This document shows positions 10,576-20,345 of a DNA stretch of 64,000 nucleotides, piece after piece. Position 1 is the stretch's first letter. Each line of letters opens with the position of its first letter. Where the stretch lies: positions 100,331 to 164,330 of the forward strand of contig CAWHOE010000027.1 in NCBI GenBank assembly GCA_963830915.1, in the 5' to 3' direction. This stretch comes from a candidate division FCPU426 bacterium. Its GTDB lineage: Bacteria; Oederibacteriota; Muellerivitia; Muellerivitales; Muellerivitaceae. Position numbers and translations under genes: made by a program. Under the pieces are notes generated by a model. It did no database searches, was not told where the DNA came from, and saw only the letters and a program-made list of their open reading frames with translations.

Positions 10576-10599
10576 TCATTTTCAGTGAGGCTAGATTAA

Positions 10600-11358
10600 A
10601 TGCGACTATTAAGTCGGTCGAAAATTTTATTGGCGGCTACTTTACTTTTATCTAGTTGCACACTACTTAATAAAAACACTCCTTCAAAATTAATACTCGG
10701 TAAGAATTTGGCACTCCAAACTCTCGTATTAGAAACACCCGAATATGACGGTTCATACGGAAAAACAAAAATATCTATCTATTCAGTACCAGATAACAAA
10801 AAAACGAAAGATTTCGTCCTCGAAGGTATTTGGCATTGTTTGGGGTACATCACAAGCAGGAAATCTTTTTTTCTTGTAGGAGAATTTCAAGAGGGAGCGT
10901 GTCTGCCATTAACAAAAATAAAATATTTATCTGAAGATAACTACGAAGTTACTGATTCTAAGTACCGGTATAACGCCATCAAAGGTGATAACGATCCATT
11001 AAGTTGGAACGCTTTGACGGCCGTACCAAGTGAAGATTTAAAATACATTGCTTTTGTCGGCGACCTAGGAAAAGCAAATACTCGGTTAATAGTTTTAAAT
11101 ACAGACAAAGATTTGATGACTGTTTTAGGAGACCCGCCCGCGCCACCACCCATTTCAGATCCATATTGGCAAAAAGAAGCTTTACGGCAAAGTCCCGATA
11201 ATTGGGTATGGGATTTTCCATGCGTTGATGGATATGTTGAGATGGACAATGGAATTATTAGGTTTAACAAAGATACTTTGTCCGTAAGTTATGGGAACGA
11301 TACGGTTATCAAAAGGTCTGGTAAAAGAAAAACAAAGACCTGGAAACTAAAGATTTAA
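10600..11358 (+). CDS. Hypothetical lipoprotein (AT-rich)
   Basis: Lipobox-like LLLSSC; 252-aa ORF. Confidence 0.75.
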   Translation: MRLLSRSKILLAATLLLSSCTLLNKNTPSKLILGKNLALQTLVLETPEYDGSYGKTKISIYSVPDNKKTKDFVLEGIWHCLGYITSRKSFFLVGEFQEGACLPLTKIKYLSEDNYEVTDSKYRYNAIKGDNDPLSWNALTAVPSEDLKYIAFVGDLGKANTRLIVLNTDKDLMTVLGDPPAPPPISDPYWQKEALRQSPDNWVWDFPCVDGYVEMDNGIIRFNKDTLSVSYGNDTVIKRSGKRKTKTWKLKI

Positions 11359-11434
11359 AACACCAATAAAACCTTTGAAGCGGTAAAAGGAACAAAAAAT
11401 TCTGAAATAGTAGAAACAACAAAGGACTCATCAA

Positions 11435-11497
11435 ATGCTAAAACCCCAATCCAATCCATTCCGGCAAATGAAAGACCTCTCCGGCTTTTGGGAATTT
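11435..11497 (+). repeat. Duplicated 5' end of uidA (partner at 14158-14220)
   Basis: 57 of 63 nt identical; reads MLKPQSNPFRQMKDLSGFWEF. Confidence 0.92.
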
Positions 11498-11530
11498 ATA
11501 AATAACAAAAATTATCTAGAGGGGTAATAA

Positions 11531-12642
11531 ATGCGTTGTTTTACAGAGTCTTATAAAAAAACGAAAATAATCATATCCTTCATTTCAATTTACGCTTTTT
11601 TGTTTTTACCAACAGCGGTAAGACAAACCTTCGGAAAAGACGCTTCTGAAAATGAAAAAGTGGTTCTTTCCGATTTCCCTACTCAAGACCAACCTTCTCC
11701 GTCTGACCGAGAAAACTTGATGGGCGAATCAGCAAAGAATTTTTATTACGGGATTGGTGAACCTGTAGATTATGTAAAAGCGCGTTACGCCGCTATGCTC
11801 GAAATGGATCCGAGTATTCCAAAAATAGAGAATGAGGACACAGAGCATTTCTGCTCACCCGCCATATTGATGATGATTTACGCAAACGGGTACGGAGTGC
11901 AGAAAAATATCGATCTATGTATTCGTTTAGCACAATTGTATGTATCTGGCACGAGCTCGGAACTCGAAGCCCGAATTAAGCATTTGAAAAATATGAACTC
12001 CTTTTTCCATGGAATCTTCGATATTTGTGACGATGTGCCGCCCGATTCAGGTTATAGGTCTTTATGCGATGGAGGCCGCAAGACAAACGACTTCGTACAC
12101 GAAATGTTACCTTTCGACATTCAAAAAAGACTCCCAGATCAATCAAAATGGAGTAAGAAACAAATTAATGCATTTAAACATTTAGAAACGTTAGCAACGA
12201 CTATTTCACTAGAAGAACTTATTATGAATTGGATAATTCCGGCTCAGCCAGAAGTGAGATTGAAGAAGATGAAATGAATCAATTGGAGAATAATTTCTTA
12301 GAAGTTTTAAACTTATTAGAGAAAAGCCAATTCCCAAATTATTCTCAATCTGAATATAAGAAATCGGAATTCGATTTAAAAAATACTTATACCCAACTTT
12401 TAAACACAAGAAACTTTACCCTTGGTACGGTCAACCTTACTGGTATCAGGGTCACACAACGCAGGTGGACCGCATATCGCGAAACATGGGTTCAATTCGC
12501 CGCATTGCGTTATCCTAATGTTCCCGGTGATTGCTTACGAAAAGTATTAACAGATGATCGAGATGCCCAATTATTAATTTTACTTAAACCAACCTACGAA
12601 ATACCAATCGATTCATTAAGCCTCAAAGGATCAACCAAATGA
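11531..12642 (+). pseudogene. Sel1-like plus LprI/DUF1311-like secreted protein split by a frameshift near 12196
   Basis: Two overlapping ORFs; adding one base in ttagcaacgactat gives the continuous reading LANDYFTRRTYYELDNSGSAR; C-terminal TQRRW.AYRE.W. Confidence 0.7.
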
Positions 12643-12661
12643 TCAACTCGCAAACAAAACA

Positions 12662-13297
12662 ATGAAACGGTACTTAATATGGTCCCCATTACTATTACTC
12701 TCGCCGCTGGGCCATTTTTGCGGTTCTTATTTCTGCGGTGCAGGTATTCTTCCCGGACAAATTGATTTTCTGTTTGATATCACAAGCTTCTTCATCCTTT
12801 CTTGGGCAATCCCCGTTTTATTCATTTTCATTGTCAAAGCAACTTGGACGACCCGGATATTGGCATTTATTTGCGCATTCACCATTCAATTTGCATTGAT
12901 CGCTTTAACCCCAGCCGGTGCCACCGCCGAAATGATGGGTATCGCCCACCGTTTAGGTAAGGAGTTTTCGGCCGATCAACTTCGCGAATGCGCTTCGGAC
13001 CTTCGCCAAAAACATCTGAACGGAACACTTAAAGAACAAAAAAGAGGAAAAGTTTTAAGGGTTATGAACCCCGATAACGAATGGGCTCTCGTCGATGATT
13101 CAGAACTTCCCACTTCGCTTCGTGGTCGTTTTTACCGTGTTTATATTCAGAAAGACCAAGCCAATAACGGCTTGAGCGTGGTTTTTGAAATCAAAATGTT
13201 TACTGGGATTGTTTGTGATTCCAGAAAATTTGTAAGTGGATTCTTTGAGCACTCGATAGCGGATGGCGTTCACGCTTTTAGATACGAGCGACAGTGA
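12662..13297 (+). CDS. Hypothetical membrane protein
   Basis: Three N-terminal hydrophobic segments and a soluble C-terminus. Confidence 0.7.
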   Translation: MKRYLIWSPLLLLSPLGHFCGSYFCGAGILPGQIDFLFDITSFFILSWAIPVLFIFIVKATWTTRILAFICAFTIQFALIALTPAGATAEMMGIAHRLGKEFSADQLRECASDLRQKHLNGTLKEQKRGKVLRVMNPDNEWALVDDSELPTSLRGRFYRVYIQKDQANNGLSVVFEIKMFTGIVCDSRKFVSGFFEHSIADGVHAFRYERQ

Positions 13298-14136
13298 GGT
13301 TTAAAGCTTTGGAACATAAGATTAATCACAACAAAAAGATAATTATCATAATCATCTTTATATTCTCACTAGGACTTTTCGGTCTCATTATTTCATTTCA
13401 AACCGAACTGAAGATTGAAGGTCTCAAAGATAGTTATTTGCTAACCGATGCGGTCACTTGCAAACTAATAAATAATTCACAGAAAACAATTCATTATTAC
13501 TATACCGGCGAAATCTCAATTAAAGACCACTGGAATGAAATTGATTATAGCCTGGAGTCATTTTCAAAATCAGTTCTACTTCACGATTTAAAACCACACG
13601 AAGAAACACTTATCAACTGGCCAGCTTGGAGAAAAACGCGGCTTACAATTCTAGAAAACAAAAGATATAGATTTCTTATTTATTATCAAACAGAAACTAA
13701 ATTGAATGCACAAACCTCAATCTTTAAGAAATTTAGTTCAAACGCATTTCAATTTGAATATCCAGATCACAACGATTATCCGCCCAAAATCTTAGGAATC
13801 GAGAAGGTGTATGAACTCGATCATCCAATAAAAATCGAACTATTAAATACTTCCAATGAAAACATTGATTACGGGGTTGGAGTCGAAAAACTCATAAACG
13901 GAAAGTGGACTAAAGTTTTATATAACATCGACGTTCCTTATAACGATGAAAAATTGACGTTTTGGAACATCTTCAAAGGAAACGAAAAGAAAACTTTGAA
14001 GTGGCCATATAAAATTCTACGCCGAGAGGGCGGCCACACGAACGGAACTTACAGATTGTTTATTGAGTACGCTTTAACAGAGGGTGAAAACAAATTAATC
14101 TACTCACCTGCATTTGATATAAAAAATCATCAATAA
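13294..14136 (+). CDS. Membrane-anchored protein with two tandem Ig-like repeats
   Basis: TM anchor; internal duplication (KLINNS...HWNEI...INWP...RYRFLIYY vs ELLNTS...KWTKV...LKWP...TYRLFIEY). Confidence 0.65.
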   Translation: MRFKALEHKINHNKKIIIIIIFIFSLGLFGLIISFQTELKIEGLKDSYLLTDAVTCKLINNSQKTIHYYYTGEISIKDHWNEIDYSLESFSKSVLLHDLKPHEETLINWPAWRKTRLTILENKRYRFLIYYQTETKLNAQTSIFKKFSSNAFQFEYPDHNDYPPKILGIEKVYELDHPIKIELLNTSNENIDYGVGVEKLINGKWTKVLYNIDVPYNDEKLTFWNIFKGNEKKTLKWPYKILRREGGHTNGTYRLFIEYALTEGENKLIYSPAFDIKNHQ

Positions 14137-14157
14137 TTGTTGTGTAAGGACAAAATA

Positions 14158-15906
14158 ATGCTAAAACCCCAATCCAATCCATTCCGGCAGGTGAAAGACC
14201 TATCCGGCTTCTGGGACTTCAAGACCGACCCCACCGACCAGGGCATCCGCAAGAACTGGTTCAAAGGGCTCCCTTCCCCCCGCCCCATCGCCGTGCCGTC
14301 CAGTTGGAATGAGCAATTCCAAGATACCAGCGACTACCTGGACATTGCCTGGTACCAAACCCGCCTTGACCAGCCCTGGGGCTGGGAAAACCAAAGGATC
14401 TTCTTGCGTTTCGGGTCGGTCAATTACCTGGCCCAGGTATGGCTTAATGGCGTCAAGCTGGGAACGCATGAGGGCGGGCATCTTCCTTTTGATTTTGAGG
14501 TAACGGGCCGTCTCAAACCCTCCGGTAACCTATTGGTTGTACGGGTGGACGGGCAATTGGCCCCCGACCGGGTCCCGCCAGGGCGGGTGCCTTTCGACCC
14601 CAAGGACGCTTTCAACAACAGCTTCAACCCTCCCGCGTCCTTCGACTTTTTCCCCTATTGCGGCATCCAACGCCCGGTCCTGCTGTTCACCACGCCCTTT
14701 GATTCCATTAAGGACACCACCGTCGCCACCAGCCTTCAGGGAAAAAAGGGGGTGGTATCGGTCAAGGTGGATTGGGAGGCTTCCCCCGACCATCACATTC
14801 GGGCCACCCTGGCCGGCTTCGGCAAAAAGGTTTCCGCTACCCTGCCCCTCAAGGCCAAGAAGGACCAACTGGTCCTGACCGTGGAAAAGGCCAAACTTTG
14901 GGCCCCCGGCGCCCCGAACCTGTATCAACTGACGGTGGAATTGCTGGACGGCGCCGAGGTGGTGGACCGTGTCGAACTGCCGGTGGGTATTAGGACCATC
15001 CAGGTCAAGGGCGACAGGCTTTTACTGAACGGCAAGCCCATCCGCTTGAAGGGTTTCGGCCGCCATGAGGATTTCCCCGTCACGGGCCGCCACCTTCCCC
15101 CCGCGGTCGTCATCAAGGATTTCGAGTTGATGCGCTGGGTCGGGGCCGATTCTTTCCGCACCACCCATTATCCCTACGCCGAGGAGATACTGGACCTGGC
15201 CGACCGGCTGGGTTTTCTGGTCATCGCCGAGACCCCGGCGGTCGGTTTGTTCTTTAACACCGAGGGCCTGGCCAAACGCCTGCGGCTTTGCCGTCAATAC
15301 ACCCGGGAATTGATCGACCGGGACAAGAACCACCCCAGCGTCATCCTCTGGAGCCTGGCCAACGAGCCCCATTCCCACCGGCCCCAGGCCCTGCCCTTCT
15401 TCAAGGACCTGGCGACCCTGGCCCGGGGGTTGGACAAGACCAGGCCCGTCACCCTGGTCAGCTACATCGGGGAAAAGGAATCAGCGTTCCAATATTGCGA
15501 CGTGGTTTGCGTGAACCGTTATTACGGCTGGTACAGCGAGCCGGGGGACCTGGATAAGGCCTGCGTGAGGCTGTCGAAGGACCTGGACGCCATCCACCGG
15601 CGTTACCGGAAACCCCTGCTGGTCACGGAGTTCGGGGCTGACGCCATGCCCGGCACCCACGCCGACCCGCCCGAGATGTTCAGCGAGGAATACCAGGCGG
15701 AGTTGATCGCCCGATACGTGGAAGTGTTGGATAAGAAGCCTTATGTGGCCGGGGCCCATGTTTGGAACCTGTGCGATTTCAAGACCGCCCAGGCCACCCA
15801 TAGGCCCGGGGCGATGAATTGGAAAGGGGTTTTCACGAGGGACCGCAAGCCGAAGCTTGCCGCGCACAAACTGAATAAACTTTGGCGAAAACAAACCAAT
15901 TCTTAG
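14158..15906 (+). CDS. uidA: Beta-glucuronidase (GH2)
   Basis: HEGGHLPF, FDFFPYCGIQRPV, GFGRHED, SFRTTHYPY, WSLANEP, TEFGAD, NxKG motif (NWKG). Confidence 0.93.
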   Translation: MLKPQSNPFRQVKDLSGFWDFKTDPTDQGIRKNWFKGLPSPRPIAVPSSWNEQFQDTSDYLDIAWYQTRLDQPWGWENQRIFLRFGSVNYLAQVWLNGVKLGTHEGGHLPFDFEVTGRLKPSGNLLVVRVDGQLAPDRVPPGRVPFDPKDAFNNSFNPPASFDFFPYCGIQRPVLLFTTPFDSIKDTTVATSLQGKKGVVSVKVDWEASPDHHIRATLAGFGKKVSATLPLKAKKDQLVLTVEKAKLWAPGAPNLYQLTVELLDGAEVVDRVELPVGIRTIQVKGDRLLLNGKPIRLKGFGRHEDFPVTGRHLPPAVVIKDFELMRWVGADSFRTTHYPYAEEILDLADRLGFLVIAETPAVGLFFNTEGLAKRLRLCRQYTRELIDRDKNHPSVILWSLANEPHSHRPQALPFFKDLATLARGLDKTRPVTLVSYIGEKESAFQYCDVVCVNRYYGWYSEPGDLDKACVRLSKDLDAIHRRYRKPLLVTEFGADAMPGTHADPPEMFSEEYQAELIARYVEVLDKKPYVAGAHVWNLCDFKTAQATHRPGAMNWKGVFTRDRKPKLAAHKLNKLWRKQTNS

Positions 15907-16047
15907 CCACCGATTAACACCGATGAACACTGATGGATAAAATTAAAAAATCTTTGGGGTTTTAACCAAATTATTATCGGAGTTTATCGGTGTTAATCGG
16001 TGGCAAAAAGAGATTCTTGTTTAGCTGTGTCTCCGTGTCTCTGTGGT
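15906..16047. repeat. REP-like inverted pair plus a single unit of a second family
   Basis: gccaccgattaacaccgatgaacac ... atcggtgttaatcggtggc, then gctgtgtctccgtgtctctgtggt. Confidence 0.85.
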
Positions 16048-16072
16048 AAAAAAATAGTTAAAAGGAAACAGC

Positions 16073-16696
16073 ATGACATCAAAACTAAACCTATCCCCCC
16101 TGACCGCCTCCATGAAAAAAGGCTCGGTCTACATCAACGACGGTTCCAAGAACATCGCCATGATCACCCCGGAGATATTCTCTGAAGGCTGGGCAAAGAA
16201 CGTGGTGGATGACGCCTTGGACGCCGGGGTATACGACGGCATGGTCCCCTTCGGCCCCATCGGCCTGAAAACCTCCCTGGCTTCCTGGCCCGCCCACCTC
16301 AAATTGAGATTCACCCTGACCCCGGTCAAACCGGTCGAGGTCATCCATATTCGTGTGGTGGTGAACCTGCCTTATGACCATTGGGCGGGGGCGAACTATC
16401 AGTTGGGCCAACAGTTAGGGGTCGTTCCGAGGGAAAAGCCGGCCAATAACAAGATAGCGGAAGGTGATTCCTCGACCTTGACCCTGGGCTCGACCGGGGA
16501 CCTCCAGGGACTTCGGATCGTCATGGAGGCGCCGGGCCTGCATACCGTTCTTCAGGACAACCGCCAATGGACGCCCTTACTGCACGCCTTCGTCACCCGC
16601 AATGAACCGGCGGATAAGCCGTGGGCGTGGAACGCGGGGGAGGAAAAGACCTTCGAGTTCAGCCTGGCCTTCACCCGCCCAGTGAAAATAGTCTAA
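16073..16696 (+). CDS. Hypothetical protein (probably beta-rich)
   Basis: RBS AAGGA; host-like codon usage; 207 aa. Confidence 0.75.
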   Translation: MTSKLNLSPLTASMKKGSVYINDGSKNIAMITPEIFSEGWAKNVVDDALDAGVYDGMVPFGPIGLKTSLASWPAHLKLRFTLTPVKPVEVIHIRVVVNLPYDHWAGANYQLGQQLGVVPREKPANNKIAEGDSSTLTLGSTGDLQGLRIVMEAPGLHTVLQDNRQWTPLLHAFVTRNEPADKPWAWNAGEEKTFEFSLAFTRPVKIV

Positions 16697-16714
16697 AGGC
16701 GAAAACCAAGATTG

Positions 16715-16813
16715 AACCACGGAGTCGCACAGAGTCACGCAGAGTAAGGCTTAAGAATTATTGTTGAAAATCCAAAGATTTAACTCTGTGTGACTCTGTG
16801 CGACTCTGTGGTG
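16715..16813. repeat. REP-like inverted pair (AACCAC.GAGTC family)
   Basis: Right arm matches the right arm at 4828-4859. Confidence 0.85.
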
Positions 16814-16836
16814 AAAGATTTTTAGGGGGCGCTGTT

Positions 16837-17199
16837 TTAGACCGACTCGTATTTGCGTCGTCCGGCCGAGTAAGACAACACCATCTTCGCCTGGGTCTCC
16901 CCGATATTCTTGATACCGTGGGCCGTTCCCCCCGGGACAAAGACCGACTCCCCCGGGTTCAAAAGGACCCTTTCATGCTCGAACGAGACTTCCACAGAAC
17001 CCTCGACCACTGAGATGAACTCATGGCAGTTGGCGTGAATGTGGGCGGGCGAGGCCATGCCTGGCTTCACCTCCATCAGGGCCACGCTCATGCCGGCCCC
17101 TTCCACCAGGGTGTCGTCCAACACCCATTCCATGCTTCCCCAATCCTCATCGTTGTGCTTGGTGCGGATAGGTTTGGTTTTGTTAAAACTGACTCTCAT
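16837..17199 (-). CDS. Cupin domain protein
   Basis: PAHIHANCHEFISVVEG...LNPGESVFVPGGTAHGIKN. Confidence 0.9.
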   Translation of the reverse strand: MRVSFNKTKPIRTKHNDEDWGSMEWVLDDTLVEGAGMSVALMEVKPGMASPAHIHANCHEFISVVEGSVEVSFEHERVLLNPGESVFVPGGTAHGIKNIGETQAKMVLSYSAGRRKYESV

Positions 17200-17300
17200 G
17201 TTTCCATAACCCTTCAAGATAGAAGCGACTATCCTCCCGAACACGGGGGGATGATTTTTTGTTAACATTAACAGGCAGACAGACCCGAATGGGAGTTCCC

Positions 17301-18140
17301 ATGAAACAACTAAGGCTTATCCTCATCCCGATCGTCTTGGCTTACCTGACCATTGTAGCCCTTTATGTGGGCTTTCAACGGAGCTTAATTTTCCACCCGA
17401 CCCCGTCCTCGGGCGTCACGCCGAAATTCTATTCCCTGGACTATCAGGATGTTTATTTCACTTCTTCCGACGGTGTGACTTTGAACGGTTGGTGCATCCA
17501 GCACTCGCGTTCGGGGAAAAAAAGACCCTTCCTGCTTTATTGTCACGCCAATGGTGACAATCTTTCCGACCTGGCCAATGTCACCCGGCTTTTTTATGAC
17601 GACGGCTTTGACATGTTCTTTTTCGACTACCGTTCCTACGGCAACAGCCAAAAAGCGCCCGTCAGCGAAGCCGCCCTCGACCAGGACGCTCTCTCGGCCT
17701 ATCAATGGGTGAAAGCCAAGGGGATATCGGACGACCGGATCATCCTCTGGGGCCATTCCCTGGGTTCGTCCGTGGCCGCCTGGCTGGCGACCCAAACCCA
17801 TCCCGCGGGACTTATTTTAGAGGGCGCTTTCCCGTCCATTTATGACGTAAATCGCCAAAGGAATCCCTGGCTTCTGGTATTGCCCTTCATGATCAAGGAT
17901 AAATTCCAGACCGCTTCCTATGTCCAGCAAAGGACCTGCCCTCTCCTGGAATTCCACGCCGAGTTGGACACCATCATCCCCATTCAGTTAGGCCAGAAGG
18001 TCTTTGAGAAAGCGGCAGAACCCAAGCAATGGGTTGTGGTGAAGGGTATCAACCATAATGATTTCCCCAGCGTGGCGAATCAATACAAGCCGATCATTCA
18101 AGCGTTCGTGGAGAAATGTTTGGTGGGGAAAGAGTTGTAG
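17301..18140 (+). CDS. Alpha/beta hydrolase (BEM46/ABHD13-like)
   Basis: N-terminal TM, DYRSYG.S, GHSLG nucleophile motif, H...D..IP, NHND. Confidence 0.9.
   Translation: MKQLRLILIPIVLAYLTIVALYVGFQRSLIFHPTPSSGVTPKFYSLDYQDVYFTSSDGVTLNGWCIQHSRSGKKRPFLLYCHANGDNLSDLANVTRLFYDDGFDMFFFDYRSYGNSQKAPVSEAALDQDALSAYQWVKAKGISDDRIILWGHSLGSSVAAWLATQTHPAGLILEGAFPSIYDVNRQRNPWLLVLPFMIKDKFQTASYVQQRTCPLLEFHAELDTIIPIQLGQKVFEKAAEPKQWVVVKGINHNDFPSVANQYKPIIQAFVEKCLVGKEL
17951..18121 (+). repeat. 171-bp direct repeat, copy 1 (3' end of the hydrolase gene)
   Basis: Six mismatches versus 19603-19773. Confidence 0.95.
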
Positions 18141-18244
18141 GCCCGGATTCCGGAATTTTTATCGTTTTGAACTTAACAAATACCTTTACCTACATTAGCC
18201 TGTATATGTTTGAGTTTTGAATAACTTTCGCCCAGGAATGTTAT

Positions 18245-18952
18245 ATGGAATACGTGGTTTATTGTGACGAAAGTCGTCAAGACGGGTCTTTAAAAAATCC
18301 TTTTATGACCATCGGCAGCCTTTGGCTGCCCCGTGATAAAAAAAACGCAATCACCCAAGAATTCAAACATTTATGCCGTGAATTTAAACTTAACTCCGAG
18401 ATCAAATGGAGTAAAACCAGTCAAAAAAGTTTGAACTCCTATAAAAAACTCGTCGATTTTTTCTTTAAACATCCGGAAATAAATTATCGCGTTATTGTCG
18501 TTGACCAAAGAAAAGTGGACGCCGCCTTATATCATCGTGGTGATCAAGAATTGGGTTTTTATAAGTTTTACTATTTGCTTTTAATTCAATGGCTCACGCA
18601 AGGCAATCAATACCTGATTCTTTTAGATTTTAAGCAAAACAAAGGTTCGGACAGATATTCGATGCTTCGAACCGTCCTTGATCGTAAGCTGAAAGGAACC
18701 GCCTGGATTTCCGATCTGACCATCATCGATTCCGCGCAAACACCATTGGCCCAACTTTGTGATTTACTGACTGGTGCAGTTTCGTCGACTTGGTGTAATG
18801 ATCTGAAACCAAAAAGCGCGAAAGAAGATCTGGCTTTGTATATAGCGCAGAAATGTTCACCCAATTCCCCTCCGCAATTTCAATCATTGAAAGTAATTTC
18901 TTCAAGCCCCAGCATAAGTAAATTCAACATATTTAAAATCGACCTTAAATAG
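18245..18952 (+). CDS. DUF3800-family protein (predicted RNase H-like fold)
   Basis: VYCDES, EIKWSK, IIDS...LAQLCDLLTGAV. Confidence 0.88.
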   Translation: MEYVVYCDESRQDGSLKNPFMTIGSLWLPRDKKNAITQEFKHLCREFKLNSEIKWSKTSQKSLNSYKKLVDFFFKHPEINYRVIVVDQRKVDAALYHRGDQELGFYKFYYLLLIQWLTQGNQYLILLDFKQNKGSDRYSMLRTVLDRKLKGTAWISDLTIIDSAQTPLAQLCDLLTGAVSSTWCNDLKPKSAKEDLALYIAQKCSPNSPPQFQSLKVISSSPSISKFNIFKIDLK

Positions 18953-18966
18953 GAAGCTTGATCTAA

Positions 18967-19452
18967 ATGGATTTGAAGTCAATCATCATTCCCACTCAAT
19001 ATCTCAAGACTTCGGAAATTGAATTACTCGGAAGGCAAAAATACCGAGAGTTATACCTGACCCAAGGTAAATTCGGTATCCACTCAACACATGACCAACA
19101 ACCGGTTTTCTTTTGGGAGGATCGATTCAACCACGCGTTTTTCACTTCTTCGGATCGCGCCAGATATCCTGACCGCAAGGATATTCTCGCTGTTGAACGG
19201 ATTGAAAGAATGGCATGGATCGGGAAAGTGATATCGGGACAAGTACCAAATACAGGCTGTTGGGAAGGCCCCAGCCCAACCGGCAGACGGAAACCGCCCA
19301 ATCGGTTTTATTTATCTTCCGATTTTCTTTACATTATTTGGTTGGAACCACGGTATGAAGGCGGCTGGAAATTTTCGACCGCTTATTCGGCGCTACCGCC
19401 GGTCATCCGTAAATACTGTGGGCAAGCAAGGAAAATTTGGGCTTATAAATAA
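18967..19452 (+). CDS. Putative barnase/EndoU/colicin/RelE-like (PBECR-type) nuclease
   Basis: F...RFNHAFF...ERIERMAWI...terminal strand KFSTAY; fold is my inference. Confidence 0.55.
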   Translation: MDLKSIIIPTQYLKTSEIELLGRQKYRELYLTQGKFGIHSTHDQQPVFFWEDRFNHAFFTSSDRARYPDRKDILAVERIERMAWIGKVISGQVPNTGCWEGPSPTGRRKPPNRFYLSSDFLYIIWLEPRYEGGWKFSTAYSALPPVIRKYCGQARKIWAYK

Positions 19453-19540
19453 AAAAGCCCCGTGATTGATGGGCTCACGGGGCCAGAAGCCATGTCCAAC
19501 GCCATAAGGCGAGGAGTAACTGCTTAGTTACCTAAGCATC
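19451..19540 (-). ncRNA. Candidate ~90-nt structured RNA convergent with the DUF3800 operon
   Basis: Three hairpins (TGCTTAG-GTAA-CTAAGCA; CGCC-TTAT-GGCG; GCCCCGTGA...TCACGGGGC followed by T6) downstream of a sigma70-like promoter. Confidence 0.65.
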
Positions 19541-19546
19541 AAAAAA

Positions 19547-19575
19547 AGAATACTATCGTATACCAAAAAACGCAA
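19547..19575 (-). promoter_or_regulatory. Sigma70-like promoter for the candidate RNA
   Basis: TTGCGT-17 bp-TATTCT. Confidence 0.55.
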
Positions 19576-19602
19576 GGGGTATTAAGCCTGAATTTTCAAT
19601 GT

Positions 19603-19773
19603 ATTCCACGCCGAGTTGGACACCATCATCCCCATTCAGTTAGGCCAGAAGGTCTTTGAGAAGGCGGCGGAACCCAAGCAGTGGGTCGTGGTGAAGGGTA
19701 TCAACCATAATGATTTCCCCAGCGTGGCGAATCAATACAAGCCGGTTATTCAAGCGTTCGTGGAGAAATGTTT
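19603..19773 (+). repeat. 171-bp direct repeat, copy 2 (displaced hydrolase 3' end)
   Basis: Reads FHAELDTIIP...FVEKCLEGGK*. Confidence 0.95.
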
Positions 19774-19841
19774 AGAGGGGGGAAAGTAGAAACTATATCC
19801 AATTGATGATAAATGGATGGACCGGATTTAAAGGCACTTGT

Positions 19842-20324
19842 TTATTGCCGTTGTAATAAATAATAAGTTCCATCTTTTAACAAAATCATCTTCTTGCAAT
19901 TATCATCAACGATCAAATCATCGAACGAAAAACGATTCTTCCTAATTTTTTCAGTGTGAAATAAATAAACTTTCGGCGTGAAATGAAAATCCTCAATCTT
20001 TATTGGGGCTTTCTCATCAGGATTAAACGCATCACAATTTTCGGCAGGAATTGTATTTTTCAACGGAATACGAATTTTGCATTCAAATTGCATATCGGAC
20101 AGCTTAACTTTAAGGACATTCGATTTTATGACCGCGATTCGCCCTATATTTTCTTTTGCAATATAGTCCGCGACACCTTGTCCGGGAATTCTATAATCAA
20201 TAACCTTCCATTTTCCCTCTAAATTCGAAGGAGACATATCCTTCGCAAAAGTATGCGTTATCAATAACAGGAATGTCATGCCGAATAATAATATTTTCAT
20301 TTTATATTTCATGCGTCCGTTCAA
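19842..20324 (-). CDS. Secreted hypothetical protein, paralog 1 (true start may be 20312 or 20300)
   Basis: Signal peptide; LEGKWKV...NIGRIAVIKSN. Confidence 0.75.
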   Translation of the reverse strand: MNGRMKYKMKILLFGMTFLLLITHTFAKDMSPSNLEGKWKVIDYRIPGQGVADYIAKENIGRIAVIKSNVLKVKLSDMQFECKIRIPLKNTIPAENCDAFNPDEKAPIKIEDFHFTPKVYLFHTEKIRKNRFSFDDLIVDDNCKKMILLKDGTYYLLQRQ

Positions 20325-20345
20325 TAAATAATCGTTTGGGTTTAT

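Noticed and set aside
10380..14157. AT-rich gene run as an integron cassette array
   Set aside because: No attC-like elements between the genes (several abut or overlap) and no integron integrase
17951..19773. The 171-bp repeat as a diversity-generating retroelement TR/VR pair
   Set aside because: Mismatches are all transitions, mostly synonymous, include non-adenine positions, and there is no reverse transcriptase in the window
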